64,000 nucleotides of DNA from the NCBI RefSeq assembly GCF_964213995.1, contig NW_027590476.1, positions 1 through 64,000 of the forward strand. The letters are read 5' to 3'. Of the stretch, positions 51,772-63,824 are shown in pieces. The DNA comes from Mustelus asterias (Eukaryota). The position numbers were made by a program, and so were the translations under genes. Position 1 is the stretch's first letter. The number at the start of each line of letters is the position of its first letter. The notes under the pieces were generated by a model. The model searched no databases. It was given only the letters and a program-made list of their open reading frames with translations, and was not told the DNA's origin.

Positions 51772-52180
51772 TTTGATTTGATTTTATTTGATTTATTATT
51801 GTCAGATGTATTAACATATAGAGAAAAGTATTGTTTCTCGTGCGCTATACAGACAAAACATACCATTCATAGAGAAGGAAACGAGAGAGTGCAGAATGTA
51901 GTGTCACAGTCATTGCTGGGGTGCAGAGAAAGATCAACTCAATGCAAGGTAAGTCCTTTCAAAAGTGTGACAGCAGCAGGGAAGAATCTGTTCTTGAGTC
52001 TGTTGGTACGTGACCTCAGACTTTTGTATCTTGCTCCCAAAGAAAGAAGGTGGAAGAGAGAATGTCCGAGGTGCATGGTCTCCTTAATTATGCTGGCTGC
52101 GTTGCCGAGGCATCGGCAAATGTAAAGAAAGTTATTGGATGGGAGACTGGTTTGCCTGATGGATTGGCCTACATTCACCA
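51772..52180 (-). mobile_element. Rex1/Babar-like 3' fragment nested in the CR1
   Basis: RYKSLRSRTNRLKNRFFPAAVTLL; (AAATC)n-type tail; homologous to 11380-11770. Confidence 0.7.
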
Positions 52181-52397
52181 CCTAATTTCCCACATCTGGC
52201 AGGAGGAGCATACCACTGCCCCAACTGTCATACTGCCTTTAAACAGGTGAAAGGATAAAATAATCTCAACCCACCTTTCCCTTGCTTGTAGCCCTCCCAA
52301 AGTCTTTTTTGGTGGTTCGAGGAAAAGGTAGGCACGGAAACACTGAAGTAGCGTTTGGCATTTAGCTGTCCCTTTACAACAGCTCCTCCACAGACAA

Positions 52398-52736
52398 CCT
52401 TCTGGTTGCAGTAACTGCGACAATACAAATCTTACCTGCAACAGCCAATCAGCTCCGCCACTCTGCTGCCCTCACCTGGACACTTATCTTCACACGAAGA
52501 TGGAGGGTCCCTTCCGGACGTCCACCTTCTGGTCGCAGTGACTGCGTCGATGCAAATCTCACCTGCAACAGCCAATCAGCTCCGCCGCTCTGCTGCCCTC
52601 ACCTGGAAACTTGCTTCACACAAAGATGGAGGGTGCCTTCCGGACGTCCACCTTCTGGTCGCAATGACAGCGCTGATGCAAATCTTACCTGCAACAACCA
52701 ATCAGTTCCGTCGCTCTGCTGCCCTTACCTGGACGT
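52398..52736. repeat. About 2.7 tandem copies of a 126-127 bp unit
   Basis: Units start CCTTCTGGT at about 52398, 52525 and 52651; each holds CCAATCAG followed by CTCCG/TTCCG. Confidence 0.85.
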
Positions 52737-52750
52737 GATGATCTTTTCAT

Positions 52751-53057
52751 GTCCTTGTGAAGGAGATTCTGTCACCCAGCCGCCCTCATTAGATATAAAG
52801 AAAGAATGAGATGCAGTGATATTGACCAGTACGTATAATACTACAGTGAAGAACTATATATCATGCTGGTACCGACAATACCCAGATACACAGCCCGAGT
52901 TTGTGTTCTTGAAAAACTCCTGGGATTCTGCGGTCAAAGCATATTTTGCCAAAATCCGTTTCTCTGCTGAGCTCCAGACTGAGAATAAATTTACCAGATT
53001 AACAAGCTCTGGGCTGGAGGTGACTGACTCTGCCTTGCATTACTGTGCTATCAGTCT
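52751..53057 (+). pseudogene. TCR alpha/delta-type V pseudogene
   Basis: GPCEGDSVTQPPSLDIKKE*DAVILTST...WYRQYPDTQPEF...RFSAELQT...TDSALHYCAIS; stop, first Cys to Ser, acceptor AG to AT, leader not found. Confidence 0.88.
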
Positions 53058-53096
53058 CACAGTTTAAGCATTCATTCTGATCACCGTACAAGAAAT
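53058..53096 (+). other. RSS, 23-bp spacer (degenerate)
   Basis: CACAGTT-TAAGCATTCATTCTGATCACCGT-ACAAGAAAT. Confidence 0.75.
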
Positions 53097-53799
53097 GTCG
53101 GCGGGAGTCGCTATGTACTGCAGGTGATATAGAATCGGAGATGGTTGCAACCACAGTGTTCAGCGGCGATTCCATGTACCAGAATACTCAACGAAATGAA
53201 CCTAAATTAACCTGGGATCAAACTGTAATCTAACGGTAAGCAGCAGGGGCTAAGTAATCAAACTGCAGAAGCCAATGGAACAAAGACACCGCGCAGTGCC
53301 ACAATGACACCCCTCACCCCTACCTTCAATAATTTCCTGTCTTGTCAGACTGATCAATCATGAGCTGGATATCAGTGAATGGAAATAGGCTGTGTTAGAG
53401 GGCAATGTCCTGACCATGGAAATACACCCACTGTTGGAGAGCGGGAGGGGGAATGTAAGCATCCTCTTTTAAATTGGCACTGTCGCTAATAAAACAGATT
53501 TAAAACCAATCATCGCACTCAACCAAACATACTGAAGGCCATCTGTGCAGATGAGAATTTGGACTCAATTTCCCGGTGGCCCGCAAACTGTGGATTTCGT
53601 CAGTTGCAATAATAAAAATAACCAGAAAAAGTAAGAACATTTCATCAGCATCCGTTAGCCATTTGAGAATTCTGTGGATTCTCAGGCAGAAGACCATTTG
53701 CCATGCATCGCAAGCGAGGGAACAACTCACGCTTGGCATGTTTACTGTTGAATGGAGATCACTGGATCACATTGCACTCGGGCAGGAGAACGGTAATTT

Positions 53800-54110
53800 T
53801 CCTCATCATAGTTCACCATTCCACAGTGAGAGAACCTGAACGGTTTCCCATCAGTGCACATATGTTGATGTGACAACAGATTGCAGGAGCTTTGATCGCG
53901 TTTCCCGCAGTCTGGGCATTTAAATGGTCTGTCAGTTGTGTGAATTCGCTGGTGTCTCAGCAGGATGGGTGCTTGACTCGATCCCTTCCACCTTTGGAGC
54001 AGATGTAAGGTCCCTTGTGAGGGTGAACTCGCTGGTGTCCCCGCAGACGAGAAGAGTGAGTGAATCATTTCCCACACAGAGCAGCTGAATGGCATTAATG
54101 CCACACCGCG
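53800..54110 (-). pseudogene. Decayed C2H2 zinc-finger array
   Basis: HQRIHTTDRPFKCPDCGK...LLSHQHMCTDGKPF with HTGERPF-like linkers and frameshifts. Confidence 0.75.
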
Positions 54111-54204
54111 TTAATGAAACACCTGTGAAATTCAGAGACAATGAATGGCCGGACGATTACTACTTGCTCTGAATTCTCCTGACTTGGCAGTGCAGTTGAT
54201 GTTA

Positions 54205-55410
54205 TCTACAGTGCAGTTGATGTTGTCTGCATGGACTTTAGCAAGGCCTTTGACAAGGTACCGGATGATAGGTTGTTGCATGAGGTTAAATCTCACGGGA
54301 TCCAGGGTGAGGTATGTAAATGGATACAAAATTGACAGAAGTCAGAGGGTGGTTGTGGAGGGTCGTTTTTCAAACTGGAGGCCTGTGACCACCGGTGTGC
54401 CTCAGGGATCAGTGCTGGACCTACTGTTATTTGTCATTTATATTAAAGATTTGGATGAGAATATCGGAAACATGGTTTGTAAGTTTGCAGGTGACACCAC
54501 GATTGGTGGCATAGTGGACGGTGAAGAACGGTATCTCCAATTGCAACGGGATCTTGATCAATTGGGCCAGTCGGCCGACGAATGGCAGATGGAGTTTAAT
54601 TTCGACAAATGCGAGGCGATGCATTTTGGTCGACTGAATCAGAGCAGGACTTACTAAGTTAATGGTAGAGCGTTGGGCAGAGTTACAGAACAAAAAGATC
54701 TAGGGGTACAGGTTCACAGCTCCTTGAAAGTGGAGTCACAGGTGGACAGAGTGGTGAAGAAGGCATTCGTCATGCTTGGTTTCATCTGTCAGAACATTGA
54801 ATACAGGAGTTGGAATGTCTTGTTGAAGTTGTACAAGACATTGGAACGGTCGCAATGGAATACTGTGTGCAGTTCTTTTCACCCTATTATAGAAAGGATA
54901 TCATTAAACTTGAAAGAGTGCCGAAAACATTTACTAGGATGCTTCCGGGACTGACGGTTTGAGTTATAAGGAGAGGCTGGATAGACTGGGATTTTTTTTC
55001 CTGGAGCATAGAAGGCTGAGGGGTGATCTTACAGAGATCTACAAAATAATGAGAGGCACAGATTAGCTAGACAGTCAATATCTTTTCCCAAAGGTAGGGG
55101 AGCCTGAAACTAGTGGGCATAGTTTCAAAGTGAGAGGGGAGATATACAAACGTGTCCAGAGGGGCAATTTCTTAACATAGAAGGTGGTGAGTGTCTGGAA
55201 CAAGCTGCCAGAGGTAGTAGTAGAGGCGGGTACAATTTTGTTTTTTAAAAAACATTTAGATAGTTACATGGGTAAATTGGGTTCAGAGGGATATGGGCCA
55301 AAAGCGAGCATTGGGATGAGCGTAGGGGCTTAAAATAAATGAGCGGCATGGACAAGTCGGGCCGAAGGGCCTGTTTCCATGCTGTAATCTTCTATGACTA
55401 TGGCTCTATG
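54205..55410 (+). mobile_element. CR1 RT/3' fragment
   Basis: GVPQGSVL, KFAGDT, KCEAMHFG; same family as the 48-52 kb copy. Confidence 0.85.
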
Positions 55411-56446
55411 CCCCTTTGTGGCTTGCCGGTCCTGTGTGAGCCATCCTTACCACCGAAATCTGATTCTAAGAGCTGCTGTATGGTGATGATTGAAGACAGA
55501 GTCCCTGAACTACTCCAAGGACGAACCCGCACTTGACTGCACATGGATTTTGTTCAGATTTCCGGTATTTTCAATATTTTACATTTTTTTTAATAGAACA
55601 AATCCATTTATTTTTAACCATGGTCTGTTACCGTTTGCTTTTAAGCTGCTGTTCCACTTGATTTTACCCAAATGATTCATTTTGTTTGCTTCATCTCTCC
55701 CATTCAGTTCACACTTTGCAATTTAATTTGTGCCGCCCTACAATCTGATTTCTGTATCTGTGTCACACGCCTTCAGTCAATGTTTATCTCTCTTCTCACG
55801 TCCCCTGTGAAAATCCCGACATTGTTTAATCTCTGTTCAATCAACCTTCCCATTGTCCATGTGCCTCCACAGAACTGTCTCGATCCACCTATCAGACTGC
55901 ACGGTACCGCATCGGTGGCAAAGCTAATTGGTGAATTATCAAACTTTTTGCTTTATGTCACATTATAATAAACACCTTTACTTGATTTTTTTTTACATCA
56001 CAAACTCAGTTCGCCTTCATCTGTAACCATCTGTTGGAAATTAATTGTACCCTTTACTGCCGTAAATCTCACCTCAGACTGTACAGATATTGAAGCTGTC
56101 CAAGCTCAGTTAGAATTAGTCTTTGAAGACATTTAGGTTTGGGCAACGTTCGTGTACAAACGCCCCATTAAATGACAATTTCCAACAAGAGCGAATATGA
56201 CAATCTCCCATTGACAACGAGTCACCCGCCATAAAGCGTCTGGGTTAGCAATGAAGAGAAAGTACTGGACCTCACAACGAAATAATTTGTTACAACAGCA
56301 AATAAAATACGAAGAATCTTGCGGTGACTATCTCACCTTCTGACTCCCCAAAGTCTCTCCACTATCTAAGAGTTACAAACCAGGTTTGCGATTTAATATT
56401 TTCAACTTGTCCGGTTCAGTGCAATTCCAACAACACTAAAGAGATT

Positions 56447-57100
56447 TAGAACATAGAACATAGAAAAGAGAACAGAGAACAGTACAGCACAGAACAGGCC
56501 CTTCGGCCCACGATGTTGTGCCAAACATGATGCCAAATTAAACTAATCTTTTCTGCCTGCCCTTGACCCATATCCCTCTATTTCTTGCATATTCACGTGC
56601 TTATCTAAAAGAGCCTTAAACATCCCTATCGTATCTGCCTCCACCACCACCACGCTTGGCAGCGCGTTCCAGATTCCTACCAATCTATGTTTTTAAAAAA
56701 TGCCCCTCACACCTGCTTTGAATTCTTCCCCTTTCACCTTATGAGTGTGCCCCCTAGTGTTAAACATTTCAACATTCTGACGCTCAACCCTATCTATGCC
56801 TCCCATAATTATCGAGACTTATATCAGGTCTCCTCACAGCCTCCACCGCTCCAAAGAAAAGAACCCCAGTCTGTCCAGCCTTTCCTGATAGCTGTATGCT
56901 CTATTCCAGGCAGCACACTCTCCAAAGCCTCGACATACTTTCTGTAATGTGGCGACCAGAATGGAATGGAATATTCTAAGTGTCGCCTAACAAAAATGTA
57001 ATCAAGCTGCAACATTTCGTCCTGAGTCTTGTACACAATGTCCCGACCAATAAAGGCAAGCACGCCATAGACCTTATCTACCAACCTCTCTATGTGTTTG
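56447..57100 (-). mobile_element. CR1 3' fragment
   Basis: FWSPHYRKYVEALE; (TTCTATG)n tail. Confidence 0.8.
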
Positions 57101-57926
57101 GACCATCCAGGGCAAGCTGCCATTTCCATGGAAAAGAACCCACAACCTTAAACATTCATTCCCTCCACAAGCGATACAAAGTGGCAGCAGTGTGTGTTGG
57201 ATACACACTTGATACACTATCTATTGGATATATTGCAGCAAATCGCCATGGCTCCGTCGGCAGCACCTTCCAAAGCCACAAACCTCACTTCCGAAAAGGA
57301 CAAGAGCAGCAGATGCATGAGAAAAGTATCAGCTGCAAGTTCCCCTGCAAGTCACACCGCATCCTGACTTGGAAATATGTCGCCGACATATTTAGCGGAA
57401 TTCCTGGATATTTTTCCCAAAAGATCTACAGCTGCAACTCACATGGAATGTGATAGTTCATGAAGGTGAACTGTCACCATTTCAATTATAATTACGCCAC
57501 CATTTCAATAATAGTTACGAATGGTCAACAATGTCCGACCTTTCCACCTGCTATGAAACAGCTTGCGTTATTAAATAAAATTAATGCCCAGATAATAAAC
57601 TAATTCATTTCTGGAGAAAAAAATGGAGGGCGGAAAAAATATTACATGTCTGCCCTTCCGAGTCCCAAACACCAAGGAAATGTTTAATCCACAGCACTAA
57701 TTGATCAATCCGGTCCTATCTTTACTGTGAAAATAGTAACTGTGACAGAGCTCGGTATGTTTCCATTCACTGAGAGAAATCTACCACATACCGGTCGCAC
57801 TGCACCATGGAGATAGAGGAAGTGAGGTAAGAGCACCCTGAGACACGACAGTAGATTGTTGAGGGTGGGGTTTGGAACCGGAGTTTAAGCATACCCCACT
57901 CTCATTTTACAGAGCAGACAGCGACA

Positions 57927-58389
57927 ATGATCTGCATCTGGGTTTTGTGGGGTGCATTTCTCGCAGGTAATTTTGAATGTAATGCATTTCATATCTTTAT
58001 CATTTCCCAAACATGGGTAAATTAAATATCAAATAACCACAGTTCATATATTTTCCTGTTTGAATATGTTTTCTTTCCAGATCTATGTCATGCCAATTCT
58101 GTCAATCAGATATTCTCCTCGGTTACAAAGACAGAAGGAGAAGCGGTGTCATTACCCTGTAGCTATGAAACTACGAGGAACAGTTATAGATTATTCTGGT
58201 ATAGGCAAAACTCAGATACACAGCTATCGTATACACTGAGGAAGGACAGCGATGGCGATGAATTTAAAGCAGATTTTGCAGAAAATCGTTTCTCTGCAGA
58301 TCTCCAGACCTCGAAGAAATCCATCAATTTAATCATCTCGGGTCTTCAGTTGACAGACGCTGCCGTGTATTATTGCGCTTTCTGGGACT
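57927..58389 (+). CDS. T-cell receptor alpha/delta-type V gene segment, apparently functional; join(57927..57966,58081..58389)
   Basis: Leader MICIWVLWGAFLA|GT...AG|DLCHANSVNQIFSSVTKTEGEAVSLPCSYETTRNSYRLFWYRQ...RFSADLQTSKKSINLIISGLQLTDAAVYYCAFWD; both Cys and the Trp conserved; no stops. Confidence 0.92.
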
Positions 58390-58428
58390 CACAGTGATAG
58401 AAAGCAGGCTCAACCCTGTACAAAAACT
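58390..58428 (+). other. RSS, 23-bp spacer, near consensus
   Basis: CACAGTG-ATAGAAAGCAGGCTCAACCCTGT-ACAAAAACT. Confidence 0.95.
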
Positions 58429-59274
58429 TCGACAACTGCTGCAGTTGGTAGCTCTGGTCCGCTGGAGGATGTGGGGAATCTCTGTTAGATTCAGTCACAA
58501 TGTGCTTTGTGATGTCAGCCCCTCAAACAAACGACTACAGGAAACCAAATTAACCTCGGATCAAACTGCCAGTCAACAGTTTCCAGGAGTGAGAGAGAAA
58601 GCAAAACTATCGATTCCAATCAGGCCGAGACGCAACACAGTACCGTGTTTGAAGAGGGCCGCTCTCATCGCCAAACTCAATGATCTGCTGTTGTGTGAGA
58701 ACTGTTGGTATCAGACGGATTTCATTGATTTAAACATTGCAACTTGAGTTACAATATAATTACAGGGGAGCGGCAGTGATGATGTTCGGCTAAAGTGTGG
58801 GAATGAAAGTCTGACCTCTTTATTACCACGAATAAAACAAAACGATTGTAAATTTAAAATATTCCAGTATTTGGTAGACATCCTGAAAAACATTGGACTT
58901 TGAGGGTGGTCCATTCTTGAGTCCGTTTTGATGACCACAATCCCTAACTTGTGAGATATGTTGATTCTGTATGCACAGTGCCTGATACAAGAACAATCTC
59001 TGATCAAATATACACTGTCAACTGTCCGCAGTGACAGACTAAACAAAACGGTGTGGGGAGATGAGATTACATTGCATTACATGGCAGGCATTCGAAGTAA
59101 GGACATCAAAGGACAAAGAGTCATTTGCAATGTCACAAGTGTATTTATGAAGTTTCTGAATAGAGGTCAAAATCAAACAATCTAAATCCACAAGTGCTCG
59201 CCTCCTTTTTTGACTCATTGCTGTACTTTGCGCTCACTTCCTCTCACGATGGAGGCTGGATAGTTTTTTATATA

Positions 59275-59620
59275 TTCATGCGTGAGATATGGGCGTCCCT
59301 GGCTGGCTAGCATTTATTACCCATCCAGAGTTGACAGAGGGCAGTTGAGAGTCAGCCACATCATTGTGGCTCTGGAGTCACACGTAGGCCAGACCGGGTA
59401 AGGGCGGTAAATTTTCTTCCCTAAAAAAACATTAGTGAACCAAATGAGTCTTTCCGACAATTAACAATGGTTTCTTCAGTCGATTCTTAATTCCAGATTA
59501 TTAAAATTGTACTCAGATTACACCATCTGAGGTGGAGGAATTGGAACTCAGGTCCCCAAGACATGAGCTGAGTTTCTGGATTGATAGTCTCGCGATAATA
59601 CCTCTAGGCCATTGCCTCCG
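59275..59620 (-). mobile_element. DeuSINE (SacSINE1-like)
   Basis: Reverse complement contains GGTTCACTAATG...TTAGGGAAG...GTCTGGCCTACGTGTGACTCCAGAGCCACA. Confidence 0.65.
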
Positions 59621-59959
59621 CAGCAATATAAATGTTACTGAGCGGTGTGATATATCTGCGATATCTCTGCGATATGTCTGGTGGACACTCTCTGTAAATC
59701 CCATGATGGGTTTTATCCGGGTGCTCTTGTCACTACAGCAGGGTGGCGCTCATTCTGTATCATTACACATTGTCCAAATTGTCCCAAACCAACGCTTTGA
59801 AAATTTACAATTCAAGGTAAGTTGAGAAATCACGTTGAAATAAACCATTTTCTTCTTGAAATAAGTGGCATGGGCTCTCAGTCGAACCAAAAGAACCTGC
59901 AGCAACACGGCGCAATTGAACATTGCAGAGAGGCAAGTTAATGCAGAGCGCTGTTAACT

Positions 59960-60032
59960 GCTTCGAGAGTGTCGTGATTATCACGTTCACCTCACACGAG
60001 AAAAGTACCTGGTTCAAAACCGAGCAGAAACA
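59960..60032 (+). pseudogene. tRNA-Val(CAC) pseudogene
   Basis: GCTTCGAGAGTGTCGTGATTATCACGTTCACCTCACACGAGAAAAGTACCTGGTTCAAAACCGAGCAGAAACA. Confidence 0.7.
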
Positions 60033-60934
60033 CTGTTGAATCCTTCTCGTTAAGCGTGAGGAAAGTTTGCATGATTAAGTTCATTTCTCAACATTATCCG
60101 AATCTCGATGTTGCATTAACTCAAATGCTTTTAGGATAATCAGAAATGCTTTATTTTAGGATGCAATGGCAGGAACTAAACGTTTGTATTGTTTGTTGAT
60201 ATATTCGCAACTCGTTCAGTCCACAACAGAATTTAATGGGTTTATAGGTGCAGACTAATATATTTAATCATCATCTGAAACATGTCTAATAGTATTACGT
60301 GCTCATAAAGATAGACACAAGTGATACTGTAAATGAACGAGAGGAAATGGCGCACGTTTCCGAGAAGCATCTTTTTAAAATTGTACTTCATGATCAAGAA
60401 CTTGGAAAAACGACTCAGACAGATGAGGGAATCAAGAATCAGTGCAGACTTGCTCGACTTCCTATAGATGAACGAGATTTAGACGCCAGAATGTTTCACA
60501 CACAGAATAAAGAGGGATCAAGTACAACTAACAAATCATCACTAAATCTCTTCCCTTGAAAGACACGTGATTTTGTTTAAAAAATGATTGTGGTCAATCT
60601 CAAATAAGCACCATGACATATGTATTACCCAGTGATTTCTTTTGTTGGACAGTCAAATTGGCAATTCAATGTTGTATATCTCAGAGATATTGAATAGAGA
60701 ATGAGGACGCCTGTGTTAAATAAATGTATTGATATTAAATGTCGAATAACGACAACTGCTGAATATAACTTGTTGAAATTATTCAACGAAGATGAGAATT
60801 ATGCATTAATGGTTGATTAGACATTATTGCTCCCATAGACATTTGCCGGACGAACGCTTTTTAGTTTTGAAGTACAAGATAATATGAGACTTAAAGTTGG
60901 AAGTAACGGATGTGTTCTTGCATTAAGTGACATA

Positions 60935-61265
60935 CATAGAAACTCTACAGTGCAGAAAGAGGCCGTTTGGCCCATCGAGTCTGCAGCGACCACAATCCCA
61001 CCCAGGCCCTACCCCATATCCCACCCGCTAATCCCCCTAACCTACACATCTCAGGACACTAAGGGGCAACTTTTTTTTTAGCATGGCCAATCAACCTAAC
61101 CCGCACATCTTTGGACTGTGGGAGGAAACCGGAGCACCTGGAGGAAACCCACGCAGGCACGAGGAGAATGTGCAAACTCCACACAGATAGTGACCCAAGC
61201 CGTGAATTGAACCCAGATCGCTGGAGCTGTGAAGCAGCAGTGCTAACCATTGTGCTACCGTGCCG
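60935..61265 (-). mobile_element. HE1-type SINE
   Basis: Reverse-complement similarity to 1606-1950. Confidence 0.85.
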
Positions 61266-61353
61266 ACATGGCTCTCAATCTAATCATTGGAACCTGCAGC
61301 AACACAGTGGAGTTGAACATTGTAGTCAGGCCAATTGGCGGCGCTATGCTGCT

Positions 61354-61430
61354 ATTTCTTGATGTAATGTCATGGTTACCACGTTCGCGGAACACGTGAA
61401 GCGTTCCTGGTTCGAAGTCGCGCAGACACA
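61354..61430 (+). pseudogene. tRNA-Val pseudogene, strongly decayed
   Basis: TGGTTACCACGTTCGCGGAACACGTGAAGCGTTCCTGGTTCGAA at the position homologous to 59960-60032. Confidence 0.6.
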
Positions 61431-63259
61431 CTTCTCGATCTTTCTCATTAAGAGTGCGTGAAGTCTGCATGACCTAAGTCCATTGCTCAACATTATGGGA
61501 ATCTCGATGTTCCATCAACTCAAATGCGTTTCGGAAAATTAGATCCCAGATCAACTCAAATGCTTATAGGAAAATTAGAAATGTTGTATTTTAGGAGGCA
61601 ATGGCAGGAAATAAATGGTTGTAGTGTTTGTACACATATTCGCAACTCGTTCAGTCTACAACAGAAATTAATGGGTTTATAGATGTCGACTAACATGTTA
61701 ATCGCGATAGAATCAAAGAGTCATAGAGAGTCATCGAGGTTCACATCATGAAAACAGGCCCTTCGGCCCATCTTGTCCATGCCGCCCCTTTTTCTAACTC
61801 CTAAGCTAGTCCCAATTGCACGCGTTTAGCCTATATCCCTCTGTACCCATCTTACCCATGTAACTGTCCGAATGCGTTTTGAAAGACAAAATTGTTCCCT
61901 CCTCTTCTACTACCTCTGTCAGCTTGTTCCAGACACTCACCACTCTGTGCGAAAAAAATGTCCCTCTCGACCCTTTTGTATTTCTCCCCTCTCACTTTAA
62001 GCCGATGCCCTCTAGTTTTAGACTGCCCTACCACACACAAATAAAGAGCGATCGAGTATAACAAACAGATCATTCTGAAATCTCTTCCCTTTTAAGATAT
62101 TTGATTTCATTGAAAAACTGACTGTGGTCAATATCAAATAAGCATCATGGGATGTGTATTACTCAGTGACTTGAATTCATTTGTCGGTCAGTCATGTTTC
62201 CATTTCAATGTTGTATATTTCAGAGATATTCAATTCAGAATGAGGACATCGTGTTAATTAAATGTATAGATATTAAATCTTGAATATAAAACAAATAGTG
62301 GAACGAGCTGGTTGAAATTATTCAACGGAAGAGGAGAATTATGTATTAATGACTGAGCATATTCTATGATTCTATGATTTACAGCAGAAATCATTGCTCC
62401 CTTAGACATTTTCTGGATGAACGCCTTTAAATTTTGAAATTCTAGATAAGTTGAGGAATCACGTTGAAAATAACGGTTGTCTTCTTGTATTGCGGTAGAT
62501 GGACTCTAAAAGACACATGAATTGCAGAATCACAACCGCGGTAGGGAACAATATGGAGAAAATGTGGAGGGGGTGAGGGCGATGGAGGAGGAACATTTTT
62601 CCGGTTGGATGTTTCTTTTTATTCAATAACGAGATGTGGGTGTAGCTGGTTGTGTCAGCAATATTACCCATCACTTATTGGTTCTTGAGAAGGTGGTGGT
62701 AATCTACCTTCTTGAACTGCTGCTGTCTATTGGTTTCGGCGCATCCATAGAGCTCTTGGGGGTGGAGGGTGGCGGGGGCGGGGGGAGGGAGCGGTTCGTT
62801 ATTCCAGGACCTTCATAGGACCTTGTCCCAGTGACAGTGAAGGTTCAGCGATATATTTCCAAGTCAGTGTGTTGATTGGCTTGGAGGGGAACTTCCAGAT
62901 GGTAGCGGTCTTGGGTTTGAAAGCTGCTCTCTAAGATGCATTTGGTGAGTTCATGCATCATCCAGACAAGTGGAGAATATTTCATCACACTCTTGACCTG
63001 TGCCTTGTAAATGGTGGACAGGTTTTAGAGACTCAGGAGGTGAATTCCTCACCGCAGGATTCCTAGCCTCTGACCTGCTCGTGTTGCCACTGCACGAACT
63101 GATAAAATGTGTGCTGAGCGACAATATGAGCATTTCTTTTTGTGCTCAGTGTGTAGTGGATTTTCAGCACTTTTCTTTTTTTTTTCTGAATGCATCTTGA
63201 GGCATATGTAACAGCTAATGCCATGCGCTTGTAAAATATTCTTTTCAAGTAATATTCAT

Positions 63260-63432
63260 TAAGAAGTCCCACAACACGAACTTAATGTCCAACAGATTTA
63301 TTTGGAATCAGTACCTGATGAAGGTGGAGTGCTCCGAAAGCTCGAAATTCCAAACAAACGTGATAGACTTTAACCTGATGTGAGACTTCTTACTTTGCCC
63401 ACCCAAGTCCAATGCCGGGCATCTCCACCTCA
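63260..63432 (+). mobile_element. Short Penelope-derived inverted-repeat element with a decayed hammerhead motif
   Basis: 63260-63308 is an imperfect inverted repeat of 63346-63392; CTGATGAAGG...TCCGAAAGCTC in the loop; 3' end homologous to 33930-34012. Confidence 0.6.
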
Positions 63433-63680
63433 AATGATATTCGACAATTGGTCCAGTGAGGGGATTGGTTAGTGGTTGGGCAGTGTTATTGTCTTTAATT
63501 GCAACACGGCAGATTAACTCAGCAACTCAATTCAAGGGCAATTAGGAATGACTGTAAATGAAGAAAGAAAATCACAATGATGGAGCCTATCGTCAGAAGT
63601 AAACAAATAATTTTGACAAAGCTTCTGCCGTATTCTGAAGCGTCGACCCAATATGGAACAACTACTACGAGCTTGCACAC

Positions 63681-63753
63681 GGGCTAGTGGCGCATTGGCT
63701 AACGCGTCTGACTATGGATCAAATGGTTCCAGTTTCGACTTCTGGCTTGCTCG
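63681..63753 (+). pseudogene. tRNA-Arg(ACG)-derived pseudogene, anticodon now ATG
   Basis: GGGCTAGTGGCGCATTGGCTAACGCGTCTGACTATGGATCAAATGGTTCCAGTTTCGACTTCTGGCTTGCTCG; B-box damaged. Confidence 0.8.
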
Positions 63754-63824
63754 GTGCAACTTTAAAAAAAGTTCACAAGTTCCATGTTACTTTTGATGAC
63801 TGTCTTTAGTAACTTTAGATTGAC

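Larger units (their letters stand above)
48136..52736 (-). mobile_element. Near full-length degenerate CR1 (5' region, ORF1 with SGNH-esterase-like domain, ORF2)
   Basis: ORF1 VCCLPGARV...VVVHIG...DGLHLNWKG (50932-51750); ORF2 fragments 48115-50760. Confidence 0.85.
59810..62490 (+). repeat. Diverged tandem array of an approximately 1.1-kb tRNA-Val unit (two copies plus the start of a third)
   Basis: 59870-60880 aligns with 61265-62445 once the CR1 insert at about 61710-62030 is removed. Confidence 0.8.

Noticed and set aside
52398-52736. Regular repeats resembling a CRISPR array
   Set aside because: Eukaryotic DNA; whole units repeat with no unique spacers and there are no cas genes.
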